This document shows positions 26,779-32,000 of a DNA stretch of 32,000 nucleotides, piece by piece. The stretch is taken from positions 19,255 through 51,254 of the forward strand of contig JBCCXO010000007.1 of NCBI GenBank assembly GCA_039191645.1. The letters are read 5' to 3'. The position numbers were made by a program, and so were the translations under genes. Numbering within the stretch: position 1 is the first letter of the stretch; the number at the start of each line of letters is the position of its first letter. The DNA is from Pseudomonadota bacterium (lineage in GTDB: Bacteria > Pseudomonadota > Alphaproteobacteria > Rhizobiales > Rhizobiaceae). The notes beneath the pieces are model-generated. The model saw only the letters and a program-made list of their open reading frames with translations. It searched no databases and was not told where the DNA came from.

Positions 26779-28695
26779 ATGCCAACGAAATCCAAAACAC
26801 CGTTACTCGATACGGTCACAAACCCTGAAGACTTGCGAAACCTAGAGGATGAGTTACTCACCCAACTCTCTGATGAACTCAGGACGGAATTGGTCGATGC
26901 GGTATCAGTAACCGGTGGCCACTTAGGCGCTGGACTAGGCGTGGTGGAGCTTACAGTCGCATTACATCATGTGTTTGAGACGCCCCATGATCGCATCATC
27001 TGGGATGTTGGTCATCAGTGCTATCCCCATAAAATTCTGACCGGACGCCGTGACCGAATTCGAACCATCCGTCAGGAGAACGGATTGTCCGGATTCACAA
27101 AGCGTAAAGAAAGCGCCTATGATCCATTCGGCGCTGCTCACTCGTCAACGTCGATCTCAGCTGGCCTGGGAATGGTCGAAGCCTCTCGACTCGCAGGGAA
27201 AAAACGAAATGTGATCTCAGTAATAGGAGACGGCGCGATCACAGCCGGGATGGCGTATGAAGCCATGAACAATGCAGGTGCAATGGATGCAAGACAGATT
27301 GTCATTCTAAACGACAATGACATGTCGATTGCCCCTCCTACCGGCGCCATGAGCCACTATCTTGCGCGCCTGGTCTCAGGAAAAACCTACCGGTCTTTGC
27401 GCGAATCCGCCAAACGCATCAACGCAAAAATGCCCCGTTTCATTGCGGACAAAGCACGCAAGACCGAAGAATATACGCGGAACCTGTTCAACAGTGGCAC
27501 TCTGTTTGAGGAACTGGGCTTTTACTATCTCGGGCCCGTTGACGGCCATAATCTGGATGTCCTCTTGCCGGTGCTGAGAAACGTCCGCGACTCCGAGCAA
27601 GGCCCAATCTTACTGCACATCGTTACAGAAAAAGGTAAGGGTTATGAGCACGCAGAAAAAGCTGAATGCAAACTCCACGCAGTTGCCAAATTTGATGTGA
27701 TCAGCGGAAAACAGCAAAAATCAAAACAGAACGTCCCCTCTTATACGAAGGTATTCGGACAATCGCTGGTTCAGGAAGCAGAACGGGACGAAAAAATCGT
27801 AGGCATTACTGCCGCGATGCCATCTGGAACCGGCATCGATATTTTCGAAAAAGCATTTCCGGATCGAACCTATGATGTCGGGATCGCAGAACAGCATGCG
27901 GTCACCTTCGCTGCCGGCATGGCATCAGAGGGATACAAGCCATTTTGTGCAATTTATTCAACGTTTTTGCAGCGCGCTTACGATCAGGTGGTACACGATG
28001 TTTCCATTCAGCAACTACCTGTCCGCTTTCCGATAGATCGCGCGGGCTTTGTTGGTGCAGACGGCGCAACCCATGCAGGTTCTTTCGACATTGCATATCT
28101 TTCTTGCCTGCCAGGGTTCACGGTTATGGCAGCAGCCGACGAAGCGGAATTGAAACACATGGTCGCAACTGCAGTTGCTTATGACGAAGGACCAATATCA
28201 TTTCGATATCCGCGTGGCGAAGGGGTCGGCGTTAACATGCCGGAACAGGGAGAAATCCTTGAAATAGGAAAAGGCCGCATCGTACAAGAGGGGACAAAAG
28301 TCGCGCTTTTGTCGTTTGGCTCGAGACTTCAAGATAGCATATTGGCGGCACAACAATTGGAAACCTACGGTCTTTCCACGACGGTAGCAGATGCCCGCTT
28401 TGCGAAACCCCTCGATACAGAAATGGTCGAAATGCTGGCCCGCGAGCATGAATTACTCATTACAATTGAAGAAGGTTCACAAGGCGGGTTTGGTGCATTG
28501 GTGCTCCATCACCTGGCAGGGCAAGGTCTACTGGACCGAGGGCTCAAGATTAGAACCATGACGATGCCTGATATCTATATGGATCAGATGTCCCCAGCAC
28601 GCATGATCGAAGTTGGTTGCCTCGATGCAAAAAGCATTGTGAGTGAGGCCGTAGGTGCGCTTGATAACTTAAGCTCTGTAGCCTCGATAGCGTAA
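26779..28695 (+). CDS. dxs: 1-deoxy-D-xylulose-5-phosphate synthase
   Basis: [21 protein letters not shown], the ThDP motif [18 protein letters not shown]...ILNDN, and transketolase-like C-terminal domains. GGGAGG Shine-Dalgarno. 638 aa. Confidence 0.96.
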   Translation: MPTKSKTPLLDTVTNPEDLRNLEDELLTQLSDELRTELVDAVSVTGGHLGAGLGVVELTVALHHVFETPHDRIIWDVGHQCYPHKILTGRRDRIRTIRQENGLSGFTKRKESAYDPFGAAHSSTSISAGLGMVEASRLAGKKRNVISVIGDGAITAGMAYEAMNNAGAMDARQIVILNDNDMSIAPPTGAMSHYLARLVSGKTYRSLRESAKRINAKMPRFIADKARKTEEYTRNLFNSGTLFEELGFYYLGPVDGHNLDVLLPVLRNVRDSEQGPILLHIVTEKGKGYEHAEKAECKLHAVAKFDVISGKQQKSKQNVPSYTKVFGQSLVQEAERDEKIVGITAAMPSGTGIDIFEKAFPDRTYDVGIAEQHAVTFAAGMASEGYKPFCAIYSTFLQRAYDQVVHDVSIQQLPVRFPIDRAGFVGADGATHAGSFDIAYLSCLPGFTVMAAADEAELKHMVATAVAYDEGPISFRYPRGEGVGVNMPEQGEILEIGKGRIVQEGTKVALLSFGSRLQDSILAAQQLETYGLSTTVADARFAKPLDTEMVEMLAREHELLITIEEGSQGGFGALVLHHLAGQGLLDRGLKIRTMTMPDIYMDQMSPARMIEVGCLDAKSIVSEAVGALDNLSSVASIA

Positions 28696-28785
28696 GGCGA
28701 AGTTCACCAGTTGTCATTTTCAGGGCACAGCAACCGTCTCAATTCTAAGGTTGCCAAACGCTGCTCCACAGCGCAAAAATAAACA

Positions 28786-30675
28786 ATGGCAGAACACTAT
28801 CCCCAACACCCTCTGGATCCGTTAAGTGCAAATGAAATCGCAAAAGCGGTGAAGGTTGTAAAAGAAAAATCGGCTTTAGATGAAACCGGCTGGTTCGAAA
28901 CGATCACGCTGGAAGAACCCCGCCTTCCAATCGAGCAAGCGATCTCACCATCTGATCCCGTCGACCGCAGGGCATTTGTTTGTTGTTACGAGCCGTCCTC
29001 CAATCGAACATTAAAAGGCATCGTCAACCTCGATCATGACAGCATTGAAGAATGGGAACATGTAGAGGGCGCACAAGCACGGATCGTCCCGGATGAATTT
29101 GATATGGGCGATAAACTCGCAAAGCAAGATGCGCGATTTGTGGAGGCGCTCGCAAAAAGAGGAATTACAGATCTCGACAGCGTATTGGTCGAAAGCTGGG
29201 CTGCAGGCAATTTTGGCATTGAAGAAGAGCAAGGAGAACGCATCGCCTATTGCCACTGCTGGGTTTGCAACGATGCGGGCGACAACAGATACGGCAGACC
29301 GATTGCAAACCTTCACCCGGTATTAGACCTAAGACGAAAGAAAGTAATTCGTGTTGATGATTTTGGAGTGGTCCCGTTACCGCCAGACTCCAAACCAATT
29401 CGTCCAACAGAAAACTTGCGGGATGACATCAAAAAGCTTGAAATCTCCCAACCAGATGGCCCCAGCTTCAAAGTAAATGGCTACAGCGTCGAATGGCAGC
29501 GATGGCATGTGAGAGTAGGATTCAATCAACGCGAAGGATTGGTTCTTCATAACATAGCCTACAACGACAGCGGCAAAATCAGGCCAATCATGCGCCGCGC
29601 CTCCATGGCAGAAATGGTTGTCCCCTACGGCGACCCAACAAATGGAAATTATCGTCGCAACGCGTTCGATACCGGCGAGTATGGCCTTGGCGCATGCCTT
29701 GATTCACTGACGCTTGGATGCGATTGCCTTGGATACATTCATTATTTTGACCTGTGTACGCATGATTGGAAAGGCACACCGCTAGAGACCAAAAATGCGG
29801 TTTGCATGCATGAAGAAGACTTCGGCATCCTTTGGAAACATACTGACAAAATCACAGGTAAAATGCGCGCTGTAAGATCGCGAAGGCTGGTAATTTCCTC
29901 TATATGTACAATCGGGAATTATGTGTATGGCTTTTTCTGGTATTTTTATCAGGACGGAACGATTGGGATTGAGATCAAAGCAACCGGCATCCCGTTCCCA
30001 ACCGGTATCGCGCCTGGCAAAGAACCACAATTCGGAGCCTTGGTTGCACCCGGCATAGAATCCCACATGCATCAACACACGTTCAGCTTTCGATTTGACA
30101 TGTGTGTTGATGGCGAAAACAATTCAGTGCACGAGGTAGAATTCGAAGCAGCCCCTATGGGCGCGGCCAACCCGTACGGAAATGCGGTAAAAATTCACGA
30201 CCGAACCCTTGAAAACGAAGCGGACGCCAGAAGAGAATTGGATCTTGCCAAAGGCAGATACTGGAAAGTTGTAAACCCGAATTCAATAAATACGCTGGGC
30301 AGTCCAGTGGCCTACAAACTGGCACCGGGAACAAATGCCCTTCCCCTTTTGGATCCAGAAGCACCCGTTGCGAAACGTGCTGGATTTATGTTCAAACACT
30401 TTTGGGCCACACCCTATCATCCAAAGGAACTCTATCCCGCTGGCTGGTACCCAAACCAAAGCAATCCTGGTGAAGGACTGCCTAAATGGACGCAAGCAAA
30501 GCGCTCAATTGAAAACACAGATATCGTGACCTGGTACACGTTGGGATTTAACCACCTTCCCAGACCGGAAGACTGGCCAGTTCAACCCGTCGTTTATGCA
30601 GGATTTCACTGGATGCCAGACGGGTTTTTCACTGAGAACCCGGCCCTCGATGTTCCACCCGGAAACGGAAGGTGA
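28786..30675 (+). CDS. Copper-containing primary amine oxidase (TPQ enzyme family)
   Basis: N-terminal HPLDPLSANEI. Catalytic-base context AFDTGEYGLG. TPQ-site sequence CTIGNYVYGFFWYFYQDG. Copper ligands are HMHQHTF and GFNHLPRPEDWPVQP. 629 aa. Confidence 0.9.
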   Translation: MAEHYPQHPLDPLSANEIAKAVKVVKEKSALDETGWFETITLEEPRLPIEQAISPSDPVDRRAFVCCYEPSSNRTLKGIVNLDHDSIEEWEHVEGAQARIVPDEFDMGDKLAKQDARFVEALAKRGITDLDSVLVESWAAGNFGIEEEQGERIAYCHCWVCNDAGDNRYGRPIANLHPVLDLRRKKVIRVDDFGVVPLPPDSKPIRPTENLRDDIKKLEISQPDGPSFKVNGYSVEWQRWHVRVGFNQREGLVLHNIAYNDSGKIRPIMRRASMAEMVVPYGDPTNGNYRRNAFDTGEYGLGACLDSLTLGCDCLGYIHYFDLCTHDWKGTPLETKNAVCMHEEDFGILWKHTDKITGKMRAVRSRRLVISSICTIGNYVYGFFWYFYQDGTIGIEIKATGIPFPTGIAPGKEPQFGALVAPGIESHMHQHTFSFRFDMCVDGENNSVHEVEFEAAPMGAANPYGNAVKIHDRTLENEADARRELDLAKGRYWKVVNPNSINTLGSPVAYKLAPGTNALPLLDPEAPVAKRAGFMFKHFWATPYHPKELYPAGWYPNQSNPGEGLPKWTQAKRSIENTDIVTWYTLGFNHLPRPEDWPVQPVVYAGFHWMPDGFFTENPALDVPPGNGR

Positions 30676-30692
30676 TACACAGTAAGGTGGGT

Positions 30693-30923
30693 TCAATCGA
30701 CTAAAAGGCCCTCATGTCTGGCAAGTGCATGGGGGTCTTCAAAATCAAATTTGCAACAGCGCCGGTATATCTCCAGCATTTCATGCGAAAGTTCCCCGCA
30801 AGCATAAAGAAACATCGCAGCAGCATATCGGTCATATCCGGAACCGGGAATTCCGATTTTCAACGCAAGCATCGCGCGCTGCGTTTCAATATCAAAAAAT
30901 TTGCAAGTCTCGGAATCGTTCAT
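30693..30923 (-). CDS. Hypothetical 76-aa protein translationally coupled to the upstream Rieske oxygenase
   Basis: Its ATG at 30923 overlaps the stop of the Rieske gene (ATGA, 30920-30923). I recognise no motif. It contains several Cys residues (CKF, YACGE, RRCCKF). Confidence 0.45.
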   Translation of the reverse strand: MNDSETCKFFDIETQRAMLALKIGIPGSGYDRYAAAMFLYACGELSHEMLEIYRRCCKFDFEDPHALARHEGLLVD

Positions 30924-32000
30924 TGAGCGCTTTGACCTAGCTTTTTGTTAAGAACCTCAACCTTGTCCTCTCCCGGAGCAACATCAACATTGTAGACCGG
31001 CAATACCTCACGCAGATGGTCGTGATGGGTGCGAACACCATATTCCAAGTCTGACAGATAAAACCCCTCAAAAGAGGTTGCTTCCATCGACTCATTAGAC
31101 CAGATCGTCAACTGGATATCCTCCTCTACCGTTTCCCGGTCTATTCTGTTGGCAAGATAACGCGCAGCCCTTTGCTGCCGGTCTTCGTCATGGTTCCGAT
31201 AAGTGCCACTTCTCAAAAGTGTTCGATTGGTTGAAATCGGGAACTCCTGATAGAAAATTGCGGTCTCGGGGGTCATTGCAATCACTGCGTTCGGAAAAAT
31301 TCCATAGTAAACCCAGGCTTGGTGCAAGTGTTCAGGCAAGTCATTCTGGGGCTTGGAAAACTTAGTGTAATTGCGAACCGCCCACCGTCGGCCGCCCGCG
31401 CGATGAAACTCAGCAAACGATCGAGAAACACCGTTGACATAGGGTTCATCAAAATAGGTCGAACCATATAAGTCCTGAAGCGCCGGATGTGCCATGGCAA
31501 CGTGATATCCCTCATTGTCCACATCTCGAACCGACTTCCAGTTAACAGGTGTCTCTTCTGTCCAAATCTGATCCACTGGGATTTTCTTGTCCATACGATA
31601 TGCCGCCGCCTCTTCAGAAAAAGGACTCATCAACTTCGCAACCGAGGGCTGTGGACCATCGCTGAAACGAACAAAAACAAACCCGTTCCAAACTTCACAT
31701 TCCAACGGCTTCAAACCGAATTCCTTTTTGTCTAAAGGCGGAAAGCTGTTCGGCTTGGCTGCCCCTCTTAATGTACCATCAAGATTATAGACCCAGCCGT
31801 GAAAAGGGCAGACGAGTGCATTCCTGCATTGCCCTCGCTCATCCGCGACAACGCGTGACCCTCTATGCCTGCAAATGTTATGGAATGCCCTAACCGCATT
31901 ATAGGTGTCGCGCAGAATAATCCCACGCTCTCCACACAAGTCAAAGGTATGATAGCTCCCGACTTCCGGCACATCAGAAACATGACAAGCAATCTGCCAG
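30920..32000 (-). CDS. Rieske [2Fe-2S] non-haem iron oxygenase alpha subunit, 5'-truncated by the window edge
   Basis: Rieske motif CRHRGSRV...CPFHGWVY and mononuclear iron motif NEGYHVAMAHP. The tracked start at 31972 is a GTG. The frame stays open to the window edge, reading WQIACHVSDVPEVGSY, which is typical upstream sequence for this family. Confidence 0.85.
   Translation of the reverse strand, partial: WQIACHVSDVPEVGSYHTFDLCGERGIILRDTYNAVRAFHNICRHRGSRVVADERGQCRNALVCPFHGWVYNLDGTLRGAAKPNSFPPLDKKEFGLKPLECEVWNGFVFVRFSDGPQPSVAKLMSPFSEEAAAYRMDKKIPVDQIWTEETPVNWKSVRDVDNEGYHVAMAHPALQDLYGSTYFDEPYVNGVSRSFAEFHRAGGRRWAVRNYTKFSKPQNDLPEHLHQAWVYYGIFPNAVIAMTPETAIFYQEFPISTNRTLLRSGTYRNHDEDRQQRAARYLANRIDRETVEEDIQLTIWSNESMEATSFEGFYLSDLEYGVRTHHDHLREVLPVYNVDVAPGEDKVEVLNKKLGQSAQ

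Noticed and set aside
28712-28729. A perfect TGT-CATTTTCAGGGC-ACA upstream of the copper amine oxidase gene.
   Set aside because: About 8 such matches are expected by chance in 32 kb. The spacer is not AT-rich like the five cluster sites, there is no partner site 8 bp away, and the gene is unrelated to photosynthesis. It is probably fortuitous.
1-32000. I looked for tRNA or rRNA genes, CRISPR arrays, IS elements, transposases, integrases and long direct repeats.
   Set aside because: I found none by eye. No ORF resembles a transposase or integrase and no repeat-spacer periodicity was seen. A tRNA or ncRNA scan was not run.

Overview
Nearly the whole window (about 1-28700) is a proteobacterial photosynthesis gene cluster with Rhodobacter/Roseobacter-like organisation. 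Plus strand: puhA-puhB-puhC, a 100-aa ORF, then acsF-puhE-hemA-idi. Next comes a divergent pair that is not standard cluster content: an ICMT/PEMT-like membrane methyltransferase (minus) and an SCP2 lipid-binding protein (plus). Minus strand: the crtEF-bchCXYZ-pufQBALM superoperon. Then crtD-crtC (plus), and bchI-bchD-bchO-crtI-crtB-tspO (minus), followed by an untracked 49-aa membrane ORF. dxs (plus) closes the cluster. The right flank (28786-32000) is unrelated catabolism: a copper amine oxidase, a 76-aa ORF and a 5'-truncated Rieske oxygenase. No pufC, pufX or crtA is present in the window. I saw no tRNA, rRNA, CRISPR array or mobile element. Regulatory signals readable by eye are CrtJ/PpsR-type TGT-N12-ACA palindromes at five cluster promoter regions, each paired with an imperfect second site. 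In four regions the second site lies 8 bp away; at dxs it is a TGT-N14-ACA element 7 nt away. There is also a sigma70-like bchC promoter, a bidirectional terminator after pufM, a GC-rich pufA-pufL hairpin, and many 4-nt NTGA stop/start overlaps. Points worth follow-up are the embedded methyltransferase/SCP2 pair, the 49-aa ORF after tspO, and crtC lacking a canonical start codon. Others are a C-terminal extension of about 22 aa on LH1 beta, an insertion in PufL, a pufK-like leader mini-ORF, a nested inverted repeat between bchI and dxs, and an amine oxidase with N-Y-V-Y at the TPQ site. All calls rest on reading the sequence and on remembered family motifs and synteny. No database search or numerical computation was run.
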